Shown here: positions 8,164 through 18,179 of the stretch, one piece after another
Layout: every line of letters starts with the position of its first letter
Position numbering within the stretch: the first letter of the stretch is position 1
Source of the DNA: Bacteroidales bacterium
GTDB lineage: Bacteria; Bacteroidota; Bacteroidia; Bacteroidales; UBA1715
Direction of reading: 5' to 3'
Assembly (NCBI GenBank): GCA_024409235.1
Contig: JAKSUA010000012.1
Span: forward strand, 918 to 64,917
DNA: 64,000 nt
Notes under the pieces: generated by a model
Seen by the model: the letters and a program-made list of their open reading frames with translations, nothing else
Databases searched by the model: none
What the model was told of the DNA's origin: nothing
Program-made: the position numbers and the translations under genes

Positions 8164-9747
8164 ATGGCTACAAATGCTTTGATTTCTGTACAAAAATGTC
8201 GTATAGAAAGTAATGAAAAAATAGTTGTAAATGATTTGTCATGGGAAATGAATGATGGTGAATCATGGCTGATAATTGGTCCAAATGGCGGCGGAAAGGC
8301 GGAGTTTGTCAATGCTCTTGCGGGAAAAATGTCTTTTGTGCCAAATGTTTCGGATGAAGGATGTTTTTTTACTGCTTTCGGGGATTCTGTGGAAATGGTT
8401 TCGTTGGAACGTGCTGCAAAGTTAATCGAAGAAGAAAGAAATAATGATGAAAGTGATTATGTTGAAGGTGGGGTGGATATTGGACGTACAGGACGCCGTT
8501 TTATTGCGGAAGGTGTTGTTGGACCGCTGAAAAGGACGGACGCTTTGCCTCAATGGGCGGAATGTTTGGAAACGCATTTTGCTGTAAAATTGTGCGGGGT
8601 AGAGAAAATTTTGGACCGTGGCTTAAAATATATGTCAACGGGTGAAATCCGGAGAACTTTGTTGGTGAGAGCTTTGGTTTCAGGGAAAAAATTACTTGTT
8701 CTAAGCGATCCTTTTGCTGGACTTGATGCCGAAAGCAGAAAAATATTATTTGATTTCTTTGCTGAGATTGTTCTTGCACAACAGAATGGGAACTCAAAAT
8801 ATCCACATATTATATTATGTATGGAACGCTGGAATGAAATTCCTGAATCAATTACGAATGTGTTGAGATTTGAAGGAAAGAAAATAACGTTTTGTGGAAA
8901 AAAGGAAGATTATGCCGTTCAGTTCAAGGAAAAGAATGCTCAGAACGAGTCTGAGAGAACATTGAAAAAAGAAAATCTGTCTTCAACCTTAAATACTACT
9001 ATAGAAAAGACAATTCCTTTGCAGACGGAAAAGTCAACGGTAACAGAAGAAATTCTTGTAGAGATGAATAATGTAAACGTTGGCTGGAGTGATCATAAGG
9101 TTTTGATTGACTTAAATTGGAAACTTAAAAAAGGGGAACATTGGTTGGTGCGTGGCCCTAATGGATCGGGCAAAACAACGTTTTTGGAATTAATAACAGG
9201 CGATAATATGCAGGTGTATTGTAATGATGTCCGTCTGTTTGGAAAAAAAAGAGGTTCGGGTGAGTCTATTTGGGACATCAAACAAAAATTGGGCATTGTC
9301 TCATACCGTTTGCATGTGGAATACCGTATGGTAGGAGGTACTAACTTGCGGAATCTGATTGTTTCTGGATTTAGAGATTCCATTGGCTTGTATGGTGCCG
9401 CAACTGGTGTGGAAGCAACAATTGCAGACCAATGGTTAGCATTAGGTGGATTTGCTGGAAGGGAACGTGAATTGTTTCGTGACCTGAGTTATGGTGAGCA
9501 ACGTGCAATATTAATATTACGTTCTGTTGTAAAATGTCCTCCTATTCTGATATTGGACGAACCTTGTCATGGCCTTGATGAGGAATATCGTGAAAAGATT
9601 CTTAATCTCTTGGAATTGATAGCTGAAAAAGGAACTACAACAATGCTTCATGTGACTCATGATCCTAGCGAACGCTTAAGCTGTGAACATCATATTTTAG
9701 AATTACATCCAGGAGAAACTCCCATGTATAAAATATTAGAAATGTAG
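8164..9747 (+). CDS. ModF-like double ABC ATPase
   Basis: Walker A GPNGGGKA and GPNGSGKT; signatures MSTGEIRR and LSYGEQR; LILDEP. Confidence 0.85.
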   Translation: MATNALISVQKCRIESNEKIVVNDLSWEMNDGESWLIIGPNGGGKAEFVNALAGKMSFVPNVSDEGCFFTAFGDSVEMVSLERAAKLIEEERNNDESDYVEGGVDIGRTGRRFIAEGVVGPLKRTDALPQWAECLETHFAVKLCGVEKILDRGLKYMSTGEIRRTLLVRALVSGKKLLVLSDPFAGLDAESRKILFDFFAEIVLAQQNGNSKYPHIILCMERWNEIPESITNVLRFEGKKITFCGKKEDYAVQFKEKNAQNESERTLKKENLSSTLNTTIEKTIPLQTEKSTVTEEILVEMNNVNVGWSDHKVLIDLNWKLKKGEHWLVRGPNGSGKTTFLELITGDNMQVYCNDVRLFGKKRGSGESIWDIKQKLGIVSYRLHVEYRMVGGTNLRNLIVSGFRDSIGLYGAATGVEATIADQWLALGGFAGRERELFRDLSYGEQRAILILRSVVKCPPILILDEPCHGLDEEYREKILNLLELIAEKGTTTMLHVTHDPSERLSCEHHILELHPGETPMYKILEM

Positions 9748-9906
9748 GCGGAAAGTCTATGATTTTTAGAGGTGCATTTTCTGTTAATAATATACGTGAA
9801 AAAATTAGTGCATACGTGTTTTGCGTAATTACTTTTTTATACATTTGCGACGTTTTTGAAAGAAGCTCTTCTTTTCAAGAATAAATAAATAATTAAAAGG
9901 TTTTTT

Positions 9907-11376
9907 ATGAACACAAAAAAAATTATCGGATTGTTGGTGACATTTGTTATCACAGTTTTCTTATGGGCTGTACCGACTTCATTTTTCGGTATAGATGCCT
10001 TGACAGTTGTACAACAACGTGTTATTGCTATGTTCGTCATGGCAGCATTGTTATGGATTTTTGAACCAATTCCAAACTGGACGACATCTGTTTTGGTAAT
10101 TGTGATGTCTCTTCTTACTGTTTCGAATAAAGGTATCGGATATTTCTGCACACCTGAAGCAGGAGAGTTGGTGGTATATACAAAGATAATGTCTTCGTTT
10201 GCAGATCCTGTTGTGATGTTGTTTTTAGGCGGTTTCGTGTTGGCAATCATGGCTTCGAAATATGGATTGGATGTAACATTAGCACGATTACTGTTGAAAC
10301 CTTTTGGTAAAAAACCTAAAATGGTTTTGTTAGGTTTCTTAATCGTTATCGCAATCTTCTCTATGTTTATGAGCAACACAGCTACATCTGCAATGATGTT
10401 GGCATTCTTGGCTCCGGTACTTGCCGTACTTCCAAGCGATGATAAAGGTAAAATTGGACTTTCGTTGGCGATTCCTGTTGCTGCAAACTTGGGTGGTATA
10501 GGAACACCAATTGGAACTCCTCCAAATGCAACAGCTGTAAAATTTCTAGCTGAAGCTGGCTTGGATGTTTCATTCTCAGAGTGGGCTCTTCGTATGATTC
10601 CATTTGTTGCAATTCTAATTATAATTGCATGGGTTCTTTTACAAGTGTTGTTCCCATTTAAATCAAAAGAAATTGTTCTTGATATAAAAGAGAGCGATAG
10701 AAAGGCTGATTGGAAAACTTATGTCGTATGGGCAACTTTTATAGGAACAATATTGTTGTGGGCAACTGAAAAACTTACTGGTATTAATTCAAATGTTGTT
10801 GCTCTTATTCCTCTTGCAGTACTTACTTGTACTGGCATTTTTACAAGTGAAGATATTAAAGAAATAAACTGGACAGTTCTTTGGTTAGTAGCAGGTGGTT
10901 TTGCGTTAGGAACTGATTTGCAAGGTACAGGCTTGGCAAAAGTATTAATTGATGCAATACCTTTTGGCGAAATGGGAGTTATTGCAGTCTTTATAATTGC
11001 AGGTGTTGTTTGTTATTTCTTGTCTAACTTTATTAGTAATTCGGCGACTGCTGCTTTGTTAATTCCTATTTTAATTGTAATCGCAGAGGCAATGGGACAA
11101 CCAGACGCTGCAAGTCACGATACATTCGTAGCTCTTGGTGGTACACAGGCAATGATTTCATTCATCGCAGTATGTGCCTCAATAGCAATGTTGTTCCCAA
11201 TTTCTACTCCTCCTAATGCAATTGCTGCATCAACAGGTTTAGTGGAAACAAAGGATATGGCTAAAATCGGTCTTATTATCGGTGCAATTGCTTTTGTTTT
11301 GGGATACTTCTGGTTGACAAAAGTGTTCCCATTTGAACATGCTCAGCAGGCTGTAGAGGCAGTTGCTACAATATAA
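9907..11376 (+). CDS. SLC13/DASS family anion (di/tricarboxylate or sulfate) permease
   Basis: Multi-TM; MFMSNTAT, GTPIGTPPN, FISNSAT, PISTPPNA motifs. Confidence 0.92.
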   Translation: MNTKKIIGLLVTFVITVFLWAVPTSFFGIDALTVVQQRVIAMFVMAALLWIFEPIPNWTTSVLVIVMSLLTVSNKGIGYFCTPEAGELVVYTKIMSSFADPVVMLFLGGFVLAIMASKYGLDVTLARLLLKPFGKKPKMVLLGFLIVIAIFSMFMSNTATSAMMLAFLAPVLAVLPSDDKGKIGLSLAIPVAANLGGIGTPIGTPPNATAVKFLAEAGLDVSFSEWALRMIPFVAILIIIAWVLLQVLFPFKSKEIVLDIKESDRKADWKTYVVWATFIGTILLWATEKLTGINSNVVALIPLAVLTCTGIFTSEDIKEINWTVLWLVAGGFALGTDLQGTGLAKVLIDAIPFGEMGVIAVFIIAGVVCYFLSNFISNSATAALLIPILIVIAEAMGQPDAASHDTFVALGGTQAMISFIAVCASIAMLFPISTPPNAIAASTGLVETKDMAKIGLIIGAIAFVLGYFWLTKVFPFEHAQQAVEAVATI

Positions 11377-11390
11377 GTTTTGAAATTAAC

Positions 11391-11428
11391 GAAAAAGGGG
11401 GGCTGAAAAGTCCCCTTTTCTTTTTTTT
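11391..11428 (+). terminator. Intrinsic terminator
   Basis: AAAAGGGGGGCT-gaaa-AGTCCCCTTTT plus T run. Confidence 0.7.
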
Positions 11429-11436
11429 ATAAAAAT

Positions 11437-12780
11437 ATGAAACGTTTATTTTTTATCCCTTTTGCATGTATAGTAACATCTGTATTTGCTCAGAATGAAG
11501 CTCAGTTAAAATGGTATGGATTCGTCCGTAACTATTTCACATTTGATTCCCGTGAAAGTAAATCTGGAACCGACGAGCTGTATTATTATTTACCATTGGA
11601 TAATAGCTATCAACCTGATGGAACAGATATTAATGCTCATTCAACTATGAAATGGACAGCCATTACTTCTCGACTTGGTTTGGATATAAAAGGATATTCT
11701 TATGGAAAAATGGCAATGGGTGGAAAAATTGAGGCTGATTTCTATAATGGATTGAGCGGGGTTACTGGTGTTGCTTCATTTCGTCTTCGTCAGGCTTATT
11801 CTACAATTACATGGTCGGATAGTCTTCATAATACAAAACATACGTTAAAGGTTGGTCAAGCTTGGCACCCGATGGCTGCTGATATGCCTCACACAACTTC
11901 TTTAGAAATAGGCGTGCCTTTTGGTCCATTTAGTAGAACTCCTCAGGTGACTTTTGATTATAGTGCAACAAAAAAAATTACTTTAACTGCATCTGCTTTG
12001 TGGCAAATGCAATATACTTCAGGTGGTCCAGAAGGTGCTTCTGCTAATTATATTAAGTATGCAAATACTCCTGAAGGATATTTGGGTGTTTCATTTAAAG
12101 ATGATTGTGGATTTCTTGGTCGTGTAGGAGTTGACGTATTAAGTATAAAACCTCGATACAAAGGAAACGCAGTTCTTGATGACGGAACAAAATATACTGC
12201 TTTGGTAAAGGATAGGCTAACAACGGTTTCTCCTTTTATTTACGCTCAGTATAAAAAAGATATGTTTGAAGTAAAAGCTAAAAGTATTTATGCACAGGCT
12301 GGTGAACACATGAACCTTAATGGTGGATATGGCGTAACTGCAAAATATGATAATCTTGGTGAAGATGGACATTGGGAGTACACACCAACGCGATATTCTT
12401 CTTCATGGATGAGTTTAATGTATGGAAAAAAATGGCAAGGACTATTATTCATAGGGTATGCTAAAAACCTGGGGACTGCAGATGAATTATATGTGGATAA
12501 AACCGTAGGTGGAATAGATTTGGCTGCAGTAGGTAATAATTATCTGTCAAAAAATACTTATGCTAACGTAATGTCAATGCGACGTCTTGCTCCTGCTGTT
12601 GTTGCTAATTGGGGAAAATTGTCAATGTCAATGGAATGGCAAATTACCTATGTTGAATATGGGGATTTCTATACAATTGATGGTGTTAAATATATTAGTG
12701 CAAAAGATGGAAGAACTGAGGGTGATACTCATTGGGTAACAAATCATCGCCTTCAAACAATGTTAAAATACAGCTTTTAA
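11437..12780 (+). CDS. Outer-membrane beta-barrel, DcaP-like porin
   Basis: Signal peptide; YGFVR, SRLG, IEADF, FRLRQAY, VGQAWHP; C-terminal YSF. Confidence 0.75.
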   Translation: MKRLFFIPFACIVTSVFAQNEAQLKWYGFVRNYFTFDSRESKSGTDELYYYLPLDNSYQPDGTDINAHSTMKWTAITSRLGLDIKGYSYGKMAMGGKIEADFYNGLSGVTGVASFRLRQAYSTITWSDSLHNTKHTLKVGQAWHPMAADMPHTTSLEIGVPFGPFSRTPQVTFDYSATKKITLTASALWQMQYTSGGPEGASANYIKYANTPEGYLGVSFKDDCGFLGRVGVDVLSIKPRYKGNAVLDDGTKYTALVKDRLTTVSPFIYAQYKKDMFEVKAKSIYAQAGEHMNLNGGYGVTAKYDNLGEDGHWEYTPTRYSSSWMSLMYGKKWQGLLFIGYAKNLGTADELYVDKTVGGIDLAAVGNNYLSKNTYANVMSMRRLAPAVVANWGKLSMSMEWQITYVEYGDFYTIDGVKYISAKDGRTEGDTHWVTNHRLQTMLKYSF

Positions 12781-12805
12781 TAAGATTGCAGTAAATTGTT
12801 ATAAA

Positions 12806-12840
12806 AATAAAGGCTATCCAATTGGATAGCCTTTATTTTT
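12806..12840. terminator. Bidirectional terminator
   Basis: AAAATAAAGGCTATCC-aatt-GGATAGCCTTTATTTT between convergent genes. Confidence 0.8.
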
Positions 12841-12857
12841 ATCGTATTTTAATTTAA

Positions 12858-14264
12858 TTAAAACCAGCTTGAACCGTCGAAACAGTGTGTACAAAGTTTT
12901 TCTTTTGGTAATCCGATTGCATCAACAAGTTCTTGAACAGTGTTGAATTTCAACGATGTTAAGCCAAAGCGATCTCTGATTTCTTCAACCATCTTTTTGT
13001 GTTTTTCTGATTTGTCATCAACATATTCGGCTAAATTTTTATCATGTTGACCTTCATATTTCTCTATCAAAGAACGAGTGATTAATTCCGTGTCTTTTTT
13101 AGATGCAGAGAAATTTAAGAATTTACAAGAGAAAATAAGTGGAGGACAAGCGATTCTCATGTGGATTTCCTTAGCACCACAATCGTACATTTCTGTAACG
13201 TTGCCTCGTAATTGAGTTCCACGTACAATTGAATCATCGCAGAAAACAACCTTTTGACCATCCAACATTTGACGGTTTGGAATTAATTTCATTTTTGCAA
13301 CAAGATTTCTTGTCTCTTGATTTACAGGCATGAAACTACGTGGCCATGTTGGCGTGTATTTTACAATACCTCTTTTGTATGGTATTCCTTTTTCTATTGC
13401 ATAGCCAATAGCATGTCCAATTCCTGAATCAGGAATACCGCATACGAAATCGGCTTGTGTTGGATCGTTTTCAGCTGCTTTTTGACCTAAAGAGCAACGA
13501 ACTTTATCAACGTTGATGCCTTCGTAATCAGAAGAAGGAAAACCGAAGTAAACCCACATAAACGAACAAACTTGCATTTTGTCGTTAGGTTTTCTTAACA
13601 CTTCGTATCCGTCTGCTTTGATTTTTACAATTTCACCTGGACCAACGAATTTTTCAATTCTGTAACCTAAGTTGTGAAAAGCTGTAGGTTCACTTGAAAC
13701 AGCAAATGCACCGTCTTTCTTAGCTATTGTAACAGGCGTTCTGCCTAATTTGTCACGTCCAATAATAATACCGTCGTCTGTAAGAATTAATAATGAACAA
13801 GAACCTTTTACTTTGTCGTAAACATTTTCAATTCCGGAAACGAAATTATCTTTCTCACAAATTAACATTGCAATAACTTCCGTTGGATTCGTATCCCCAG
13901 AACTTAATTCTGCAAAATGAAGATTTTTAGAAAGAAGGTCTTCTTCTAATTCTTTCATGTTATCCAAACGAGCTACGGTTACAATTGCAAAACGTCCGAG
14001 ATGTGAATTGATTGCAATTGGTTGAGCATCGGTGTCGCTAATAACTCCAATGCCGGCTTCACCTGCAAGTTTTGGAAGACTGTCTTCGAATTTTGTTCGG
14101 AAATAAGAATTTTCAATGTTGTGAATTGTTCTTCTAAATCCATTTTCTTTGCTGTATGTCGCCATACCAGCACGTTTTGTTCCTAAATGTGAATTGTAGT
14201 CTGTACCGTAAAATAAATCGGTAACACAATTGTCTTTTGTAATTGAACCAAAAAAGCCACCCAT
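12858..14264 (-). CDS. purF: Amidophosphoribosyltransferase (MGGFFG variant)
   Basis: Ntn-type N-terminal domain; PRPP motif VVFCDDSIVRGTQ; PDSG; Fe-S cysteines including LCTHCFDG. Confidence 0.9.
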   Translation of the reverse strand: MGGFFGSITKDNCVTDLFYGTDYNSHLGTKRAGMATYSKENGFRRTIHNIENSYFRTKFEDSLPKLAGEAGIGVISDTDAQPIAINSHLGRFAIVTVARLDNMKELEEDLLSKNLHFAELSSGDTNPTEVIAMLICEKDNFVSGIENVYDKVKGSCSLLILTDDGIIIGRDKLGRTPVTIAKKDGAFAVSSEPTAFHNLGYRIEKFVGPGEIVKIKADGYEVLRKPNDKMQVCSFMWVYFGFPSSDYEGINVDKVRCSLGQKAAENDPTQADFVCGIPDSGIGHAIGYAIEKGIPYKRGIVKYTPTWPRSFMPVNQETRNLVAKMKLIPNRQMLDGQKVVFCDDSIVRGTQLRGNVTEMYDCGAKEIHMRIACPPLIFSCKFLNFSASKKDTELITRSLIEKYEGQHDKNLAEYVDDKSEKHKKMVEEIRDRFGLTSLKFNTVQELVDAIGLPKEKLCTHCFDGSSWF

Positions 14265-14442
14265 AACTTGCTAAAATTTATATGGCGAAAATATGAATAT
14301 TTCTATTTTTTTGAAAAATGAAAATGAATAAAATTGCACACCAACACTAATATTTTTTGTTAAAAACTATTTACCCAATAATAAAGATATTCGCCATACG
14401 TTAGTCATTTTTTGAGTATCTTTGCAAAGCAAAAAGAAATAT

Positions 14443-14736
14443 ATGGGTTTTATTTCGTCATTTTTCAATCCGCAGAAACCTCGAGGTTTCAATATGCCTA
14501 CCCGCTATTACGACAAACAAAAGGAAGATAGGGAACATCGTAGGGCGGTAGTTCTTCAGCAAGTAAAATTAGAACAGGGCGAGGAATTACCCAAAGGTGT
14601 CTTTGTTTCGGATTTGCATAGAAAATTTGAACAAAATAGAATTTCTAGCCGACGGTCGAAAGATGGAAGTTTGAAAACTCTTGTTATGTTGGCGTTTTTG
14701 ATTTTCCTTGGTGCGTACTTTATAATGAATATGTAG
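14443..14736 (+). CDS. Small hypothetical protein with C-terminal TM helix (Bacteroidota gene commonly upstream of mutL)
   Basis: KPRGFNMPTRYYD motif; TATCTTTG promoter at 14418-14425 supports ATG 14443. Confidence 0.75.
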   Translation: MGFISSFFNPQKPRGFNMPTRYYDKQKEDREHRRAVVLQQVKLEQGEELPKGVFVSDLHRKFEQNRISSRRSKDGSLKTLVMLAFLIFLGAYFIMNM

Positions 14737-14738
14737 TT

Positions 14739-16556
14739 ATGCCTGACATTATACATCTGTTACCCGATTCTGTTGCAAATCAGATTGCTGCCGGCGAGGT
14801 TGTGCAGCGTCCTGCTTCTGTTGTTAAGGAATTGGTGGAAAATGCAATTGATGCTCATGCAACTGAAATAACAATAGCTCTTGTTGATGCTGGACGAACT
14901 TCTATTCAAATTAGCGACAATGGAATAGGAATGTCGGAAACGGATGCACGTATGGCTTTTGAACGCCATGCAACTTCTAAAATAAAGGATGCTTCCGATA
15001 TTTTTAAAATCCGGTCAATGGGATTCCGTGGTGAAGCTTTAGCTTCTATTGCTGCTGTATCACAAACAGAGCTGAAAACAAAACATAAGGATTCCGAAAT
15101 AGGAACAAAAATCATTATTGCTGGTTGCAAAATAGAATCACAGGAACCGGATGCTTGTCCGCAAGGAACAACATTTACGGTGAAAAATTTGTTTTTCAAC
15201 ACACCTGCAAGACGTAAGTTTTTGAAGTCAAATCAAACGGAATTTAATTACATCCTTGCGGAAATATATCAGACAGCCTTGGCAAATCCTGACATAACTT
15301 TTACCATTGTTAAGGATGGAGTAATTTATGCGAAATATCCAAAAGGAAATTTAAAACAGAGGATTATCGCCATTTTTGGTAAACAAATGGACAAGGGCTT
15401 GCTTCCAATAGAAGATGAATCAAGTATTGTAAAGATTTATGGATTTGTAGGTGTTCCGGAAATGGCAAGAAAAAATGGTGCAAATCAGTTTTTCTTTGTA
15501 AACAATCGTTTTTTCCGTCAGAAAAGTTTTCTAGGATCGGTGATGAGGGCGTATGGAAACTTGTTGCCTCAAAAGGAATATCCGCCATTTTTTATTTTTT
15601 TAGAGATTGACCCTTCGGAAATAGATGTGAATATTCATCCTACAAAAACGGAAATAAAATTTTCAGAGGAATTTAATATTTGTCAGCTTTTGGAGGCTTC
15701 TGTGAAATGTGTTTTAGGAAAGAATAATATTGTTCCGTCGCTTGATTTTAGTGATTCCGCTGATTATACCGATATGTTTTCTAGTAAAAAGAATGAGCCG
15801 GTTACGCCTCCGACTATACGATATAATCCATCCTATAATCCGTTTAAAGCAACAGAGTCTGTAAGTTATCCAAATACACAGTCAAATATTAGAAACTGGG
15901 AGAAATTGTTTGATGATTTTCAAACTAATAAAAAGGCGGAAGAACAATTGGACTTTGCTGAAGATTTTGGAGAAAACGAATCTTCTGAGTCGCTGCCTCT
16001 AGTATCTTATTGCACTCAGTTCTTGAAAAAATATATTCTTGCATTCGTAAATGAGAAAATATATGTAATAGACATAAAAAGAGCTCATTACCGTCTTTTA
16101 TATGATAGTTTTTTCAAGGATTTGTCACAGATTCCAACTCAGAAAACTCTGCTTCCGGTTCGTATTGATGTTACCGATAATGAGGCAGAAACTTTGATGA
16201 CAATTTTGCCTCAATTGCAGGAAATTGGGTTTGATATAGAGAATTTTGGACAAAATTCATTTGTTGTGAATGGAGCTCCTTCCGATGTTAATATGAATGA
16301 AATCCAGCAAATTATAATGGATTTTATATCTTCGTTCGAAGATGAAAATAAAAACGTGAAAGATTCTATTCAGGAAAAGGTTGTCAGTAAATTAGCTAAA
16401 TCTGCTTCACTTTTCCGAAATCCTAATATGACAAAAGAGGAAATGCATTCTTTTGTGCTGCAGGTAATTAGCAATAAGTCTTTTTCTATAACTCCAGAAG
16501 GACAAATTGTAACAATTATTGTTGAACCGGAGGATTTAATAAAAAAGTTTAATTAA
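14739..16556 (+). CDS. mutL: DNA mismatch repair protein MutL
   Basis: NQIAAGEVVQRPASVVKELVEN, GFRGEALASI, DVNIHPTKTE. Confidence 0.97.
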   Translation: MPDIIHLLPDSVANQIAAGEVVQRPASVVKELVENAIDAHATEITIALVDAGRTSIQISDNGIGMSETDARMAFERHATSKIKDASDIFKIRSMGFRGEALASIAAVSQTELKTKHKDSEIGTKIIIAGCKIESQEPDACPQGTTFTVKNLFFNTPARRKFLKSNQTEFNYILAEIYQTALANPDITFTIVKDGVIYAKYPKGNLKQRIIAIFGKQMDKGLLPIEDESSIVKIYGFVGVPEMARKNGANQFFFVNNRFFRQKSFLGSVMRAYGNLLPQKEYPPFFIFLEIDPSEIDVNIHPTKTEIKFSEEFNICQLLEASVKCVLGKNNIVPSLDFSDSADYTDMFSSKKNEPVTPPTIRYNPSYNPFKATESVSYPNTQSNIRNWEKLFDDFQTNKKAEEQLDFAEDFGENESSESLPLVSYCTQFLKKYILAFVNEKIYVIDIKRAHYRLLYDSFFKDLSQIPTQKTLLPVRIDVTDNEAETLMTILPQLQEIGFDIENFGQNSFVVNGAPSDVNMNEIQQIIMDFISSFEDENKNVKDSIQEKVVSKLAKSASLFRNPNMTKEEMHSFVLQVISNKSFSITPEGQIVTIIVEPEDLIKKFN

Positions 16557-16557
16557 T

Positions 16558-17292
16558 ATGAATTCTTTTCGTCCATCAGGTTTTTCAATGTTAACTCCAG
16601 TTGTTAAGAATCTATTGGTTCTTAACATTGTTTGCTTTATTATAACCTGTTTCTTTGAAAGATTCGGTTATGATATTTCGAATGATTTAGGACTTCATTA
16701 CGTAAAATCACCAAGTTTTCGTCCAGTACAGTTTGTCAGCTATATGTTCATGCATGCAAACCTAGAACATATTTTTTTCAATATGTTGGCATTGTGGATG
16801 TTTGGTCATACTTTAGAGCAATATTGGGGTAGTAAGAAATTTCTTGTGTATTACCTGGCAACAGGTATTGGTGCTGGAATCATGCAGGTTTTGGTCGCAT
16901 ATATTCATTTGCAGACATTTGTAATTTCTGATGAAATGTGGGATATGGTTATAACTCAAGGAGATGACTTGTTGCGGTCTGGAAGAAATTGGATTGACGA
17001 TACTTTAGGAAGTGTCAATGCTATTGTGAATGGCTCAACTGTGGGTGCTTCGGGTGCTGTTTTTGGACTTTTAATGGCATTCGGTATGATGTTTCCTGAA
17101 GCTCAGATATACATTTATTTCGCAATTCCTGTCAAGGCAAAATGGTTCGTGATAATATATGGACTTATAGAACTATTCAGTGGAATACGCAATTCCGCAG
17201 GTGATAATACTGCTCATTTTGCACATCTTGGTGGTATGATATTCGGGTATATTTTAATCAAATACTGGCAGAAAAACGGCTCACGGTTTTGA
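16558..17292 (+). CDS. Rhomboid intramembrane serine protease (active-type)
   Basis: YMFMH...HIFFNM, GASG, AHFAHLGG. Confidence 0.93.
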   Translation: MNSFRPSGFSMLTPVVKNLLVLNIVCFIITCFFERFGYDISNDLGLHYVKSPSFRPVQFVSYMFMHANLEHIFFNMLALWMFGHTLEQYWGSKKFLVYYLATGIGAGIMQVLVAYIHLQTFVISDEMWDMVITQGDDLLRSGRNWIDDTLGSVNAIVNGSTVGASGAVFGLLMAFGMMFPEAQIYIYFAIPVKAKWFVIIYGLIELFSGIRNSAGDNTAHFAHLGGMIFGYILIKYWQKNGSRF

Positions 17293-18179
17293 ATTTAAAA
17301 GCTGAAATATTACGTGAATTGAGAGATGGCGATATGCTAACAAAGCTGTTGCTTATTAATGGTTTGTTATTCATGTCTCTATGGGTAATAGAAATTATTT
17401 CGGCTATTGCACATTTACATATCTACAGTTGGACAATTCAAAATATTTCTGTTTCCAATTCACTCTTTTTATTGGTAAGAAAACCATGGACTATTTTAAC
17501 GTATATGTTTTTTGAAACATCGTTTCTCTCGTTGATTACCAATATGTTGATTTTATTTTGGATGGGGAAATTGCTGATGGATTTTCTAAATGAAAAAGTC
17601 TTGCTTGCAACATATATTCTTGGAGGTTTTTCTGGTGTGTTGTTGCCTGTAATTATGTCTTCTTCAGGAAATGTGTCAATAAATCTTTTAGGATCAAATG
17701 CGGCAGTTCTTGCTGTAACAACGGCGGTTTGTTGTTATGCTCCGAATTATAGGATTTATTTGCTGTTATTTAAAGAAGTTTCTTTAAAAACGATAGGACT
17801 TATAATTGTTGTAATTGAATTTTTACCGTTTTTACGATTAGTTCATTCAATGGATTTGTCTGTAGCATTTATCCCGTTAAATCATTTAGGAGGTATTCTT
17901 TATGGTTTTTGTTGGGCTACACTGTACAAAAACGGCACCGACATTTCTTCCTGGTTTATTCAACTTTGCGAGAGATTGAAAGATTTATTTACTCCAAAAC
18001 CTGTGATAAGAGTCTCAAAGAGAGCAAAGAAAGATGAATCCTATGTGACTTATGAAGAAGTAACAACAAATAATACTAATCAGGAAGAAATTGATAAAAT
18101 ACTTGATAAAATTGCAAAATCAGGATATGATAGCTTGACAAGTGAAGAAAAACAAAAGTTATTTAAACAGGGGAAATAA
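17289..18179 (+). CDS. Rhomboid-family protein with C-terminal DUF6576-like domain; catalytic Ser apparently replaced
   Basis: KPWTILTYMF, LLGSNAAV, NHLGG, EIDKILDKIAKSGYDSLTSEEK. Confidence 0.85.
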   Translation: MNLKAEILRELRDGDMLTKLLLINGLLFMSLWVIEIISAIAHLHIYSWTIQNISVSNSLFLLVRKPWTILTYMFFETSFLSLITNMLILFWMGKLLMDFLNEKVLLATYILGGFSGVLLPVIMSSSGNVSINLLGSNAAVLAVTTAVCCYAPNYRIYLLLFKEVSLKTIGLIIVVIEFLPFLRLVHSMDLSVAFIPLNHLGGILYGFCWATLYKNGTDISSWFIQLCERLKDLFTPKPVIRVSKRAKKDESYVTYEEVTTNNTNQEEIDKILDKIAKSGYDSLTSEEKQKLFKQGK

